Source: Nitrospirota bacterium
GTDB lineage: Bacteria > Nitrospirota > UBA9217
Direction of reading: 5' to 3'
Length of the DNA: 64,000 nucleotides
Assembly: GCA_963818475.1 (NCBI GenBank)
Contig: CAWFSF010000005.1
Coordinates: 128,001 to 192,000, forward strand
Position 1 is the stretch's first letter, and each line of letters starts with the position of its first letter. Below are positions 20,981 through 31,672 of this stretch, in pieces. A model generated the notes under the pieces. The model saw only the letters and a list, made by a program, of their open reading frames with translations. It made no database searches and had not been told where the DNA came from. The position numbers and the translations under genes are program-made.

Positions 20981-22187
20981 TCATCGAATCGCCCCGCGCA
21001 GGCTCTCCGGGGTCCATTGTCCGCCCTTGCGGATCAGTTCGCGCGCCGCCTCGACCTTGTCCCACACATTGCACATCATCGCCCCGCGGACCTTGCCCTC
21101 CCTGAGGTAGTAGATCACGCCGGTATCGTTCTCTTTCTGCCAGTCGGCAAAGGTCTCAAGCTGACGCGTCCACCTCTCCCACCGCCTCGTACCCGAACTC
21201 GAAAAGGTCGGAGAAAAAATACGGCATATAGTCGTACGGCTTGTGCGCACCGGCCATGTTCAAGCCCGCCCACTTGCCCTGGTTCAGGGCATTGTCCCAG
21301 TGCTCGACGCGCGTTTGTTTCCCGAGCGCCTGGTAGGGGAAAAACGCGATATCGCCCGCAGCGTAGATGTCGGGGAGCGAGGCCTGAAGATATTCGTCGA
21401 CAATGACCCCGTTGGCGGTTTGCAGCCCCGCGCGTCGCGGAAGATCGAGCGAAGGCGCGATACCGATGCCCACGATCACCATGTCGGATTCGATCTTTTT
21501 CCCGCTCTCCGTGTACGTGAAGAACCGATCCCCCTCCTTGGAAAAAGCAGAAGGCTTCTCATTGGCCAGGACTTTTATCCCGCGAGAAAGGAACTGGTCC
21601 AGGAGCGCACGCCCCAGGTATTCGGGAAAGACCCTGTTCACGAGGTAGCTTTCGGGAAAGATCATGGTCACGTCGATCTTATTCATGGCCATCGCAGCCG
21701 CGATCTCGGAGCCGATGAACCCGCCGCCGATGACGACCGCCTTTTTTCCTTCTGTGGATTCGTTCCGTAACTTCAGGTAGTCGTCCAGCGTGCGAAAGTA
21801 GCAGATCCCCTCAAGGGTGCCGCCGGGGATGGGAAGCGTCCGCGGGACACCGCCTGTGGCAAGGAGAAGTTTTTGATATCGATACTGTTTTCCTGCCTTC
21901 GTCGTGACGGACCTCTGTTTCGGATCGAGCGACGTGATTGTGATGCCCGATGCAACGGTCACCTTATTCTCGTCGTAGAATTTCTGATCGTGGATAAATA
22001 TCTCTTCGACCTTCTTCTTGCCGAACCAGAGCTTTTTCGTCAGCGGCGGGCGGTCATAGGGCAGGTGCTTCTCGGAACTGACGAGCAGGATTGCCCCCTT
22101 CTTGTCGCGCTCCCGAATCCCTTCAACGGCCGAAGCCCCCGCCAGGCCGCCGCCGACAATGATGTATGCATATGCCCGTTCATCCAT
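20981..22187 (-). CDS. FAD/NAD(P)-dependent ferredoxin-reductase-like oxidoreductase (frameshift ~21164)
   Basis: GGGLAG, PYDRPPLTK, GGGFIGSE, IYAAGD, RVEHWDNA and PYFFSDLF. Confidence 0.9.
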
Positions 22188-22377
22188 GGAATGCGACCTC
22201 CTCGCGCATTGTGGATCCATTTTTGCCTGCACTTCAAGTATGATCAAGTCAAAAGAAGTTCTTTTTTTACCGGTGCCTTCCTCCGCACCTCCGCGTCTCG
22301 GCGGTGGACAGTGACTTTTTTACGAATGTATTTAGTATAACACGGGCGAAAACGAGTTGTGTGCGACAGTGGCAGCA

Positions 22378-23325
22378 TCATCCGTGCCATGCGCAGACAG
22401 CAGCCTCCGGGCTGGTTTCCATGTCCGTCTGCAATATGCGGCGATTGATCTCCAGGGCGGCTGTTGCGCCTTCGCCTGCTGCGATGACCACCTGGTCCTG
22501 GCCCGTGTTCAGGGGGCCGACGATATACAGGCCGTCGAGGGAGGACTCTAACTCCCGGGACACGATGTACTTGAAACCATGGGCGTCGCGCTTCAGCTTC
22601 AGTTCCTTCAGGAAATCGTCGTTCAAGGTCACGCCGAAGGATGCCATGATCGCCTCGCAGAAAACCACACTCCCGTCGGCCATCTCGAGCCCTTTTACTG
22701 CGGCTCCACCCTGGATGGCCTTGGGCTCGCCTTTGATGACAGTGATGCTTTCTTCCTCCAGCAGCTCCCGGCTGCTCTCAGGCAAGGTGAAGCGCCAGGG
22801 CAAATAGGAGACATCCGGCGTGAACAGCCGCTTCATGGCCACGGCAAGGTTGACGGACCCCATTTCGTCCCCCATCACCACGAGCTTCCTGCCGTTGGTC
22901 TTATACCCGTCGCAATCGATGCAGGTGTAGTAGCCCTGCCCCAGAAAGCGGGTCACGTTCCCGAGCACCGGCAGCTTGTCATAGACACCGGAGGCCACGA
23001 TCACAAAGCGGGAGAAGTACGATTTGTCCTGGGTCCTGACCAGGAACAGGTCGGCCTTTTCCACGGCCACCACGCGCTCCCGTTCTATCCTGACACCAAA
23101 GCTCTTTGCCTGCTCCATGCCGCGCGTGATGATCTCGCTGCCCGAGATATGCGCGTGCGTCAGCACGTTCTCGATGTGCGGTGCGTGCCACGTGCGTCCG
23201 CCGCTGCGGTCGAGCAGCAGCACGTTCCGGTTATACCGGCCGAGATAGATCGCCGCCTGCAATCCGCCCGGTCCCGCACCGATGATTATGCAGTCGTAGA
23301 CGCGGTCTCCCATGTCCATGTCCAC
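22378..23325 (-). CDS. Thioredoxin-reductase-like NAD(P)/FAD oxidoreductase (paralog of 7266..8181)
   Basis: IIGAGPGGLQAAIYLGRYN, YYTCIDCDGY and DQVVIAAGEGA. Confidence 0.9.
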   Translation of the reverse strand: MDMDMGDRVYDCIIIGAGPGGLQAAIYLGRYNRNVLLLDRSGGRTWHAPHIENVLTHAHISGSEIITRGMEQAKSFGVRIERERVVAVEKADLFLVRTQDKSYFSRFVIVASGVYDKLPVLGNVTRFLGQGYYTCIDCDGYKTNGRKLVVMGDEMGSVNLAVAMKRLFTPDVSYLPWRFTLPESSRELLEEESITVIKGEPKAIQGGAAVKGLEMADGSVVFCEAIMASFGVTLNDDFLKELKLKRDAHGFKYIVSRELESSLDGLYIVGPLNTGQDQVVIAAGEGATAALEINRRILQTDMETSPEAAVCAWHG

Positions 23326-23420
23326 CCCCCTTCTGCTGCAAAGCTCCTAGCGGCCCGCGCGCATCTCGTTTCTCATGAGGCGCCTCCGCCTTTCCCGTCT
23401 ACTCCCAATAAACAATATGA

Positions 23421-23912
23421 TCAGTCCGAGGTCCTGACCTGCGCTCCTCCGCCGACAGCGAACCGTTCGACGACTTCAAGGTTTGCAACGCCATTCGCTG
23501 CGAATTCCTGGACATAACGCTGCCGGATGGGCTCTTCCGCGGCCTGCCGTTCGCTGTCGCTCATTTCGTTGAGGTGGGCGATCCCGCCCGCCATCTGCGC
23601 TGCATCACGCGCGGACAATCTGGCTATCAGTTGATCCCAGAAGAGGTGGTCGCCGAATTCGTCGATCACGTCATGGGCCATGCTGTTTTCTTCAAATTCC
23701 GCGGTCGGCACGTACGTATGTTCATGCTCGTTATAGCCGATCAGTTGATCCAGTCCTTCCCGCCCTGCGAGAGCATAGAGTTTCTGGATGAGTGCGCGGT
23801 GTTCCCTGCTGCGCATGATATTTTCTTTACGATGCCCGGACATGACCACATCGGAGATATGGAGAATGTCCAACAGCTCGCGGTATTCTTTTGGTGAAAT
23901 TTCGATAATCAT
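23421..23912 (-). CDS. Hypothetical protein
   Basis: Likely start MIIEISPKEY with GGAAAGG upstream; helical and acidic. Confidence 0.75.
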   Translation of the reverse strand: MIIEISPKEYRELLDILHISDVVMSGHRKENIMRSREHRALIQKLYALAGREGLDQLIGYNEHEHTYVPTAEFEENSMAHDVIDEFGDHLFWDQLIARLSARDAAQMAGGIAHLNEMSDSERQAAEEPIRQRYVQEFAANGVANLEVVERFAVGGGAQVRTSD

Positions 23913-24105
23913 GGTTTTTACCTTTCCGGGTCGATTGCATCGTGACCTCTTCTTCGGTAATATTCCGCTTTTTTTGGCCTCTCTTTTCTGCCGGACCGAC
24001 CGACTAAAGTTGTAGTTGTATAAGACAAATGGCACGTCTGCTTATATAAAGCATAGCAAGATTTTTTGAAGAAAGACCTGCTCTTCGTGCATTCCTTTCA
24101 GCACA

Positions 24106-24134
24106 TTGACAACACAAGAGACAGTGCTATGTTT
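24106..24134 (+). promoter_or_regulatory. Sigma70-type promoter
   Basis: TTGACA at 24106, then an extended -10 TGcTATGTT. Confidence 0.55.
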
Positions 24135-24183
24135 AAATTGCATTCGCTGCCGCTTTCCGCGCAGCTGCGAGGTTTTTTGGGCG

Positions 24184-24540
24184 ATGGTAAAGATCAAGCG
24201 AGTTTATGACCCGCCTTTGCCGGGCGACGGCAAGCGGATCCTCGTCGACCGTTTATGGCCCCGCGGCGTTAAAAAGATAGAGGCCCACGTCGATGAATGG
24301 CTCAAGGATATAGCGCCGAGCAACGAGCTTCGCGCCTGGTACGGGCATGAGCCCGCCAGATGGCAGGAGTTCAGAAACCGGTATCTGAAGGAATTACGAA
24401 ACAACGCGGAACTGGTCACCCGGCTGAAGCAGGAGGGGAAAAAAGGGACACTGACTCTTCTGTTCTCGGCAAAGGACAGCGAACATTCAAACGCTGCTGT
24501 GCTCAAGGAACTGCTCAGCAGGAAAACAGCTTCATCACAG
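24184..24540 (+). CDS. DUF488/YeaO family protein (no stop; runs in frame into the next gene; end approximate)
   Basis: IKRVYDP, RILVDRLWPRGVKK, WLKDIAPSNELRAWYGH and NAAVLKELL. Confidence 0.88.
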
Positions 24541-24552
24541 GAGGCAACGACC

Positions 24553-25200
24553 ATGAAAAGCACAGCTCGTAAAGCAGGAGCATTGTTGTTGGGGATGTTC
24601 GTACTCTTGACCGGCCCCACCGCATTCGCGGCAAAAAAGACGGGCGGCGCTCTGGTGACGCCGAAGGCGCTTGAATTGAAGCTCGCCATGCGGGACCTCT
24701 GGGTCGGCCATATCTTCTGGGTCAGGAACGTGGTCCTGGAGACCAAGGCGGGCAACACTGAAGCGGCCAAGGTAGCCGAGACCAAAGTGGTGGAGGACGC
24801 CAGGGCAATAGCTGACGCTATCGTCCCGATCTACGGAAAGGAGGCCGGGGACAAGCTCTTTGGTCTTCTTGCCGGCCACTACGGGGCGGTCAAAGGCTAC
24901 ATGACCACGGCCTTTGCGGGCGACGAAGGCTCAAAGGGCGCATCCAAGGATAAGATCAAGGCGAATGCCGAAGAGATAGCAACGTTCCTGAATTCCGCCA
25001 ATCCGAAGAACTGGCCCAAGGACGCATTGATGGGTCTGCTCATGGCCCACGGCGTGCATCATGTTGCCCAGATCGACCAGGTCAACAGCAAGGATGTTGC
25101 TGCCGAGGCAAAGACCTGGGATGATATGAAGAACCACATTTATACGATAGCCGATGCCCTGTCAGACGGCATCGTGAAGCAGTTCCCCAAGAAGTTCTAA
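24553..25200 (+). CDS. Secreted His-containing helical protein
   Basis: Own AGGAGG RBS and signal peptide (ending TAFA); LWVGHIFW, LAGHY and AHGVHH motifs. Confidence 0.85.
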   Translation: MKSTARKAGALLLGMFVLLTGPTAFAAKKTGGALVTPKALELKLAMRDLWVGHIFWVRNVVLETKAGNTEAAKVAETKVVEDARAIADAIVPIYGKEAGDKLFGLLAGHYGAVKGYMTTAFAGDEGSKGASKDKIKANAEEIATFLNSANPKNWPKDALMGLLMAHGVHHVAQIDQVNSKDVAAEAKTWDDMKNHIYTIADALSDGIVKQFPKKF

Positions 25201-25325
25201 GAGCGTGAATTGAGAACTGCCTTCGCGAAACAACAGTCAGGACGATGATCGGGAGAAACGGTGAGAATACGCTTCTCCCGCTGTTGCACCATACCAGGCC
25301 TTTTCCCAAACAGCAACTTGCAAAC

Positions 25326-25356
25326 AAAAAAAGGCCCCCGTTGCCGGGGGCCTTTT
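25326..25356. terminator. Bidirectional intrinsic terminator
   Basis: A7-GGCCCCCG/CGGGGGCC-T4 between convergent genes. Confidence 0.85.
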
Positions 25357-25367
25357 CCAGGACTTTT

Positions 25368-25949
25368 TTATTGCACTGGATAACCGCCGCCGTAGACGAT
25401 CTGTGACTTGGTGGGAATAAATATTTTCTGCGAAGATGAAGCAGTCCAGGACGCCATGCCGAAACGAAGTGTCCAGGTATCATAACCAAGGGTGTTAAGA
25501 ATACCGGTCACGACCGAAGCAGTATGACCCGTGTAGCAAACAACCAGGATCGGTTTATCGGTCGGGTACAGAAGGAGACTTTCAGGCTTGGCTACATCTG
25601 CAAACTGCACGTTGGTGGCGCCTTCAATATGGCCTTTTGCAAAATCAACAGCCGTCCTGATATCGAGAACAAAGAAATCGGACAGGTCATCATAAGGATT
25701 GTCCACATTGTTGACACCATCATTAAAGACCGAAGCAAAAATCGTGCGATGAGGGCCGCCTGCTGCGCTCAGATACAGATCGGCATATTTCGCGATGATC
25801 GCAAATTGCCCTGCCGGGATCGGACCATTCGACTTGATCGCACTTGCAACTTCTCCAACACCTTCACCATCTTGATCTTCCGCAAAAACTACCGGTGACA
25901 CAGCCACGAGAAGCATCAGCACCAGAACGGCAAGAATTTTCTTACTCAT
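25368..25949 (-). CDS. Exported rhodanese-domain protein (paralog B)
   Basis: Shares NPYDDLSDFFVLDIR, LYPTDKPIL, CYTG-x-TAS and YGGGYP with 13716..14276. Confidence 0.9.
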   Translation of the reverse strand: MSKKILAVLVLMLLVAVSPVVFAEDQDGEGVGEVASAIKSNGPIPAGQFAIIAKYADLYLSAAGGPHRTIFASVFNDGVNNVDNPYDDLSDFFVLDIRTAVDFAKGHIEGATNVQFADVAKPESLLLYPTDKPILVVCYTGHTASVVTGILNTLGYDTWTLRFGMASWTASSSQKIFIPTKSQIVYGGGYPVQ

Positions 25950-26034
25950 GATCCACCTCCATTTGGGATTAACAGATTTGATGTATTGTTTTGTCCGCTT
26001 ATCCCCCTTCACCCCCTTCGGTTACCCCGGCGGA

Positions 26035-26068
26035 CGACTAAAGTATTACAAAAGTATTAAAAGCTTAT
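26035..26068. promoter_or_regulatory. Conserved upstream operator-like motif (shared with 14352-14387)
   Basis: CGACTAAAGTATTACAAAAGTATTAAAAGCTTATC. Confidence 0.6.
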
Positions 26069-26580
26069 CACAAGAATTAGTATTTGTAAAATAATTAAGT
26101 AAAAAAATAGTCCTTTAAAATCAATCAATTATAAGAACGGCATACCGCGGGGATGATTTTTTCAGGGCTCTGGATACTCCAGAACGGACGGATCGGTGAG
26201 CAGGATCGTGAAGGGCGAGATAAAAGTCAAGTCGCCAAACCGCAGAAAAAAATCATGGTGCAGTGCGCAAAGAGCTGGACGGAAGATGTTCGGGAGGAAC
26301 AGCAACAAGACCGTTTCTTCCTTTTTTTACAGATAAGCGAATGAGCACCTGGCAGCGTTTCCTGTTATCTGCGCGCTCTCGACCTGCATCAGCATGATGC
26401 AGGCGTCCCCTGAAACGTTCTCCTCATCCGATCCCGCCCAATCGCACCTCCTGGGGGAACAAAGTATCAAAGAAGTGCTATACTTCACCTAGTGGACGGA
26501 TTTATCGGTGAAGCCCATGGCAGAGAAAGTCCATTACCATCGCCAGAGAACGATTCGTCACGCATATCCAGGGAGGCTGT

Positions 26581-26874
26581 ATGAACGGGGATGTATGTTT
26601 ACCCGATAAGTCGCAAATCGCGCGTGAGATCCTGACGTATTTAAATAAACATCCGAATGCACAGGATACGCTGGATGGTATTCTGCAAGTCTGGTTTCTC
26701 GACCGGAAGGACAGGTACAAACCGACAATAGTACAAGAAGTACTAAAAGACCTTGTTCTGGAAGGAACGATCTTAGAAGAAAAAATACCGGGTTCAAATA
26801 CGATCTATCGGCTTAACCCCGCCAAGCGGGATAGAATGAAAAATTTGTCGAAGCACGCTGGGGAAAAAGATTAG
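26581..26874 (+). CDS. Small winged-helix-like hypothetical protein
   Basis: GGAGG RBS; ILTYLNKHPNAQDTLDGILQVW...LKDLVLEG...IYRLN pattern. Confidence 0.75.
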   Translation: MNGDVCLPDKSQIAREILTYLNKHPNAQDTLDGILQVWFLDRKDRYKPTIVQEVLKDLVLEGTILEEKIPGSNTIYRLNPAKRDRMKNLSKHAGEKD

Positions 26875-27306
26875 CGGTTCACAGAGCTATGATCGGCTGA
26901 AGAGCGGCTCCGGACGTATTGCACGGGAAAGGACGGTTTTCATGTCACTACTTGCCAAAGATACGAGGGATCTCGTTCATTTGAATTTCGTCGGACATTC
27001 TCTGTTCCAGCTGATCAAGAAAGTGCGGGAATATCCGGGGGTCCCGGAGCAGGTTCCCACCTGGCAAGAAGGGTACGATGGAATAGAAATTGGGTATGAG
27101 GCCAGCTGGGCAGGGATCTTTCCGCCTCCGGTGAAATAGCGTCTTCCCCGCAGCGACTTACCATGCCTTGCCCGAAGCTGCGATACTTCCCCTGGTTCAC
27201 CCGGCAACGGTCGCCTAATACTGCAAAAGAAACAATTCACCCTCCTCTGAAAACATCCGATAAGCCCCCTACTCTTGACGTGCAAATAATTTTAGATCGT
27301 CGTGGT

Positions 27307-28056
27307 TCAGGAGCGAGAGAAACTCTCTAACAGAGAGGCCGCTTCATGGTCCACCATCCAGGTAAGATTCCCCCTAGCCGGCTGCACCAGGCCCGCTGGA
27401 TATCCCCTGGGGTTCCCGTCCTCCACGATCTCGTGCAAGACAGCGGCCTTGCTCCGCCCATTGACAAGGAAGATTATATCGCTCGCATTACACAGGACCG
27501 GGAGCGTCAGGGTGACCCGGTTTAACTGGGGAGGCTCGAGATGAACAGGCAGGACCCAGTGTTCGCGTTCGTGAAGCGCTGCTGCGCCCGGGAAGAGCGA
27601 TGCCGTATGTCCGTTCACACCCATACCTAAAAGCTCTACATCGAACCGCGGCAGAACTCCCGCAAAGAAGCTGCGTAGTTCCTGCTCATAGGCCGCGGCT
27701 GCCTTGTCCGGACCGTCCTCTCCGGCCATGCGATGCACCTGTGACGGGGAAAGCGGCAGATAATCCATGAATGCGTCGCGGGCAAGGCGGTAATTGCTAT
27801 CGTTATGGTCGGGAGGGACGCAGCGTTCGTCTACCCAGAAGAGGTGCGTTTTGGACCAGGGCAGCTTCCTGCGCCAGGGATCTGCTGCGAAGAACGAGAA
27901 AAGCTGTTTTGGCGTGAAGCCGCCGGACAGGGCAAGAATGAACCTGCCCCGGGCGTTGAAGCTGGAGAGCGCGCAGTCTAGGACAAGGTTGGCAGCAGCG
28001 CTGCTCAGGGCGTCCAAGTCATTGTACACCTTGACCACTGGTTCAACCGGTTTCAT
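27307..28056 (-). CDS. pgl: 6-phosphogluconolactonase
   Basis: ALSGG-x-[34 protein letters not shown] and RVTLT; ATGA overlap with zwf. Confidence 0.95.
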   Translation of the reverse strand: MKPVEPVVKVYNDLDALSSAAANLVLDCALSSFNARGRFILALSGGFTPKQLFSFFAADPWRRKLPWSKTHLFWVDERCVPPDHNDSNYRLARDAFMDYLPLSPSQVHRMAGEDGPDKAAAAYEQELRSFFAGVLPRFDVELLGMGVNGHTASLFPGAAALHEREHWVLPVHLEPPQLNRVTLTLPVLCNASDIIFLVNGRSKAAVLHEIVEDGNPRGYPAGLVQPARGNLTWMVDHEAASLLESFSRS

Positions 28057-29624
28057 ACCGATCTCCATGAGCGCCCGTCGCGCTCCATCATTTGCCGAGC
28101 CTCGTCAGGTCCTTCGCTGCCCGCCGGGTAGATCGGGACCGGGACCCGTCCGCCTGACTCGAGGCCCTCAAGCAGCGGGGTGAGCGTGGACCAGGCAAGC
28201 TCCACGCTGTCCTCCCGCATGAACAGCATGTGGTCCCCCAGCATGCAGTCGAGCAGCACCCATTCGTACGCTTCGAGCAGTACGCCGCGCGGGTAGGAAT
28301 AGGTCATCCGGACCGGCTCGAGGCAGACCTTGGTGCCTGGCTGCTTCGTCTGGAAGGTGAGGCTCAGCCCTTCATCAGGCTGGATCCTCATCACCATCGT
28401 GTTCGGCTCGATGGGGCCGCTGATGGAGTCGGGGAACATGGAAAAAGGGACCTCTTTGAAGTGGATCGAGATCTCCGTTTTCCTGTTCGCGACCCGCTTG
28501 CCGGACCGCAGATAGAACGGCACGTCATGCCAGCGCCAGTTGTCCACGAACACCTTCATGGCCGCGTAGGTGGGCGTACGGGAGCTTTTGGACACTCCCT
28601 CCTCCTCGATATAACCGGGCACCTGCCGGCCCATGATGGTCCCCGGTCCGTACTGCCCCAAAACGACATGCTCCCCTATCCGGTCAGACGGGATCCTTCG
28701 TAAGGAACGGAGCACCTTGGCCTTCTCGTCCTGTACCCGGTCGGCGATGAACAGGGCCGGCGGCTCCATGGCTGTCAAGCAGAGCAGTTGGTACATGTGG
28801 TTCTGGAACATGTCGCGGATGATGCCTGCCTGCTCGTAATAGCCTGCCCGGTGCTCCACACCCAGGGTCTCGACAGCCGTGATCTGCACGTGGTCCAGGT
28901 AGCGCCGGTTCCACAGCGGCTCGAAGAGGGAGTTGGCGAACCGGAACATGAGGATATTCTGGACCGTTTCCTTGGCAAGATAATGGTCGATGCGGAAGAT
29001 CTGGCTTTCCTTATAATAAGTATGGACGAGCTGGTTCAGTTTCCGTGCCGAGGCCAGGTCGCGTCCAAAGGGCTTCTCGATGACGATATGGCTGCAGCCC
29101 CGGTCCTCCCGGTTGAGGCCGGCGGTCCCGAGATTATGGATCACTGATTCAAACACCTGCGGCGGAATGGCGAGATAGTACACCCGGTTGCCCCGGGTCT
29201 GGTGCTTCTCTTCGAGGCGGGGCAGGATGTCGACGAGGTCCTTCGTGTAGGAGGAAAGGTCGTCGTACTCGAAGGTCGCGTAGTAAATATGCAGAGCGAA
29301 CTCGTCCCAGTCCGCCTGGTCGAAGTCCAGGGGGAAGGCGTCCCGGACGGAATCACTCATCGCCGAACGGAACTGCTCCGTGGTGAAAGTGATGCGGCTC
29401 GTGCCGAGAATAAAGAATTGCTTCGGCAGCATCCTGTGCTGGAACAGGCGAAAGAGCGAGGGAAAAAGCTTTCTCTTCGTCAGATCGCCCGACGCTCCGA
29501 AGATGATGAGCCCTGCGGGCTGAGGCACCTCGACCTCGCAGTCGGCCACCATATGATATTCCTGCACGAGCTCCGCCCCGGTCCGGGACGTCGTTGCGCT
29601 CTCTTGAACGATGCGGTCCTCCAT
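28053..29624 (-). CDS. zwf: Glucose-6-phosphate 1-dehydrogenase
   Basis: [29 protein letters not shown] and RDMFQNH. Confidence 0.97.
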   Translation of the reverse strand: MEDRIVQESATTSRTGAELVQEYHMVADCEVEVPQPAGLIIFGASGDLTKRKLFPSLFRLFQHRMLPKQFFILGTSRITFTTEQFRSAMSDSVRDAFPLDFDQADWDEFALHIYYATFEYDDLSSYTKDLVDILPRLEEKHQTRGNRVYYLAIPPQVFESVIHNLGTAGLNREDRGCSHIVIEKPFGRDLASARKLNQLVHTYYKESQIFRIDHYLAKETVQNILMFRFANSLFEPLWNRRYLDHVQITAVETLGVEHRAGYYEQAGIIRDMFQNHMYQLLCLTAMEPPALFIADRVQDEKAKVLRSLRRIPSDRIGEHVVLGQYGPGTIMGRQVPGYIEEEGVSKSSRTPTYAAMKVFVDNWRWHDVPFYLRSGKRVANRKTEISIHFKEVPFSMFPDSISGPIEPNTMVMRIQPDEGLSLTFQTKQPGTKVCLEPVRMTYSYPRGVLLEAYEWVLLDCMLGDHMLFMREDSVELAWSTLTPLLEGLESGGRVPVPIYPAGSEGPDEARQMMERDGRSWRSV

Positions 29625-29627
29625 GGC

Positions 29628-30512
29628 CTAGGCTATTTTCCGTTCCTCGATGCGGATCAGGGCGTTCCAGTCTTCCGAGAACCGCTCCATGCCCTTGTCC
29701 GTAAGCGGATGACGGATGTCGTATTCCTGCCAGGGCAGATCCAGGCTGAGGCTTTTATAATGGATCGGCTTCAGCGACCCAGCGGGATAACGGTAGTCGG
29801 GACCGGGCAGCTGCATCCCCTGCTCTCCCCAGGTCTTCAGTATGCGGAAGGGAGCGGTCACGATGTCGGAGCCGAGTCTGAGTGCATACAGAAGATGGTC
29901 GAGCGTGCGCACGCTCGCGGTCAGCACCTCCACGTGCCGGTCTCCACGCTTATAGAGCGCGAGGATGTTGGCGATCAAGTCCATGCCGTTCTCGCCGATG
30001 TCGTCCAGACGGCCGATGAATGGCGAAACGAACACCTGCCCGCGCTTCGCTCCCCGCGTGGCAGCGTACACCGCCGCCGCCTGTTCCAGCGAGAAGCAGA
30101 GGGTCATGTTCACGCGCATTCCTTTCTTCACCGCCTGCTCAGCTGCTTTCAATCCTTCCGTCGATGTGGGGAACTTGATGTGCGCGTTCGGGATCCATTT
30201 ATACATCTCGGCCGCCTGCGTGAGCATGGCAGCAGACGAGGTCCCGGCGTCGGCAAAGACCTCGATCGAGATCGAGCCGTTCGGGATGAGGTCGCCGATG
30301 GTATTGACGACCCTGTGGTAGAACGTAAGGAGCTCGAGCTCCGAGAACTTGTCGCCCGCATCGATGCGCTTGCGGGCTTCAGGATTCTTGGCCACCAGGG
30401 TCGGGTTCGTGGTCTGGCCGTCGAGAAATCCGAGCAGTTGTTTGATCTCCCTGGCCTCCTCCGGGTCTCCCCCGTCGAGGAAGATTCGTGTTCTTAATTT
30501 GTCGGGTTTCAT
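29628..30512 (-). CDS. tal: Transaldolase family protein
   Basis: IFLD, TTNPTL, IKFP, NMTLCFS, SPFIGRLDD and ASVR. Confidence 0.9.
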   Translation of the reverse strand: MKPDKLRTRIFLDGGDPEEAREIKQLLGFLDGQTTNPTLVAKNPEARKRIDAGDKFSELELLTFYHRVVNTIGDLIPNGSISIEVFADAGTSSAAMLTQAAEMYKWIPNAHIKFPTSTEGLKAAEQAVKKGMRVNMTLCFSLEQAAAVYAATRGAKRGQVFVSPFIGRLDDIGENGMDLIANILALYKRGDRHVEVLTASVRTLDHLLYALRLGSDIVTAPFRILKTWGEQGMQLPGPDYRYPAGSLKPIHYKSLSLDLPWQEYDIRHPLTDKGMERFSEDWNALIRIEERKIA

Positions 30513-30553
30513 AGGTATCGCCTCCTTGCGGTAAAGACAAACCTAAATCTTTT

Positions 30554-30721
30554 TTTGACACGGATCAAATCGGATAAGAGCCGGATAAAATCGGATTTTT
30601 TTTGAGCGTTACCGCGTCGTTCCGCTCCTCGCAATGACAGTATACGGACTTTTTTAGAGACCGTTTCATTTTCGATTTTATCCGCCCTTATCGGACGTTC
30701 ATCCGCTCCTTCCGTGTCCAA
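30554..30721. repeat. MITE-like intergenic element, copy 2
   Basis: TTGACACGGA...CGGATAAGAGCCGGATAA...TCCGTGTCCAA. Confidence 0.75.
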
Positions 30722-30733
30722 ATGTTTTTCGCT

Positions 30734-31633
30734 TCAGCTCTTTTTCTTCAGCTCGTGCCCGCCGAACTCATGGCGCAGCACCGAAACGACCTTTGCGGTA
30801 TAACTCGGGTTCCTGGCCGAGGCCAGCCGGAAATCGAGGGACGCCTGGATCACGGGCACGGACACATCCAGTTCGCGCGCAGCCTCGATGGTCCACATCG
30901 CCTCTCCGCTCTGCGCAGCCGAGCCCGATACCTCCTTCAGGTCCGGCCCGAACTGCTCGTAGCCCTGCCGCAGCCAGTCCACGAGCCGGGACTCGATCAC
31001 GCTCCCGTGCTGATAGAGGTTCGCGATGGCAGCCATGTCGAGGCCGAAGGGGGACGTCTTCAGCACCGTGAACCCCTCCGCCAGCGCCTGCATCATCCCG
31101 TATTCGATGCCGTTATGCACCATCTTGACGAAATGGCCGGAACCTGCGGGGCCGGTATAAACGTACCCGTTCTCCACGGCAAGATCGCGGAACAACGCCT
31201 CGCGGGCACTGAACGTCTCTTCCCGTCCTCCTACCATGATGCAGGCCCCGGTGCGCGCACCGGCCGGGCCGCCGCTGATGCCTGCGTCGAGAAAGTCGAT
31301 GCCGAGGCGCTGCAATTCCGCGGCCCTCCGCATCGAATGTTTGTAAGGCGAATTGCCGCCGTCGATCACCGTGTCTCCCTTTGTCAGAAAGGGCATCAGC
31401 TCCTGGAGAACAGCGTCAACAGCCGCGAAGGGCACCATGATCCAAAACAGGCGCGGAGCCGCAAGACTGCGCGCCATCTCCTCGAGCGCCTTTGCCTGTT
31501 CCGCGCCCTTTGCCGCGATGGCCGAAACAGCCTCTTGGTTAATGTCAAAGACCACGACCTGATGTTTCTTCTCCAGGAGCCGCTCCACCATGTTGTAGCC
31601 CATCTTGCCGAGGCCGATGTATCCCAGTTTCAT
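30734..31633 (-). CDS. gnd: 6-phosphogluconate dehydrogenase, decarboxylating (short YqeC type)
   Basis: IGLGKMG, IDGGNS, SGGPAGA and GHFVKMVHNGIEYG. Confidence 0.95.
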   Translation of the reverse strand: MKLGYIGLGKMGYNMVERLLEKKHQVVVFDINQEAVSAIAAKGAEQAKALEEMARSLAAPRLFWIMVPFAAVDAVLQELMPFLTKGDTVIDGGNSPYKHSMRRAAELQRLGIDFLDAGISGGPAGARTGACIMVGGREETFSAREALFRDLAVENGYVYTGPAGSGHFVKMVHNGIEYGMMQALAEGFTVLKTSPFGLDMAAIANLYQHGSVIESRLVDWLRQGYEQFGPDLKEVSGSAAQSGEAMWTIEAARELDVSVPVIQASLDFRLASARNPSYTAKVVSVLRHEFGGHELKKKS

Positions 31634-31672
31634 TTTCGATCCTCACACTTTGTATGAACGTGAAAAGTCTTT

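Noticed and set aside
26153-27285. Short ORFs 26153..26344, 26942..27139 and 26977..27285
   Set aside because: No recognisable motif and weak start context. 26942..27139 could be real but is unsupported.
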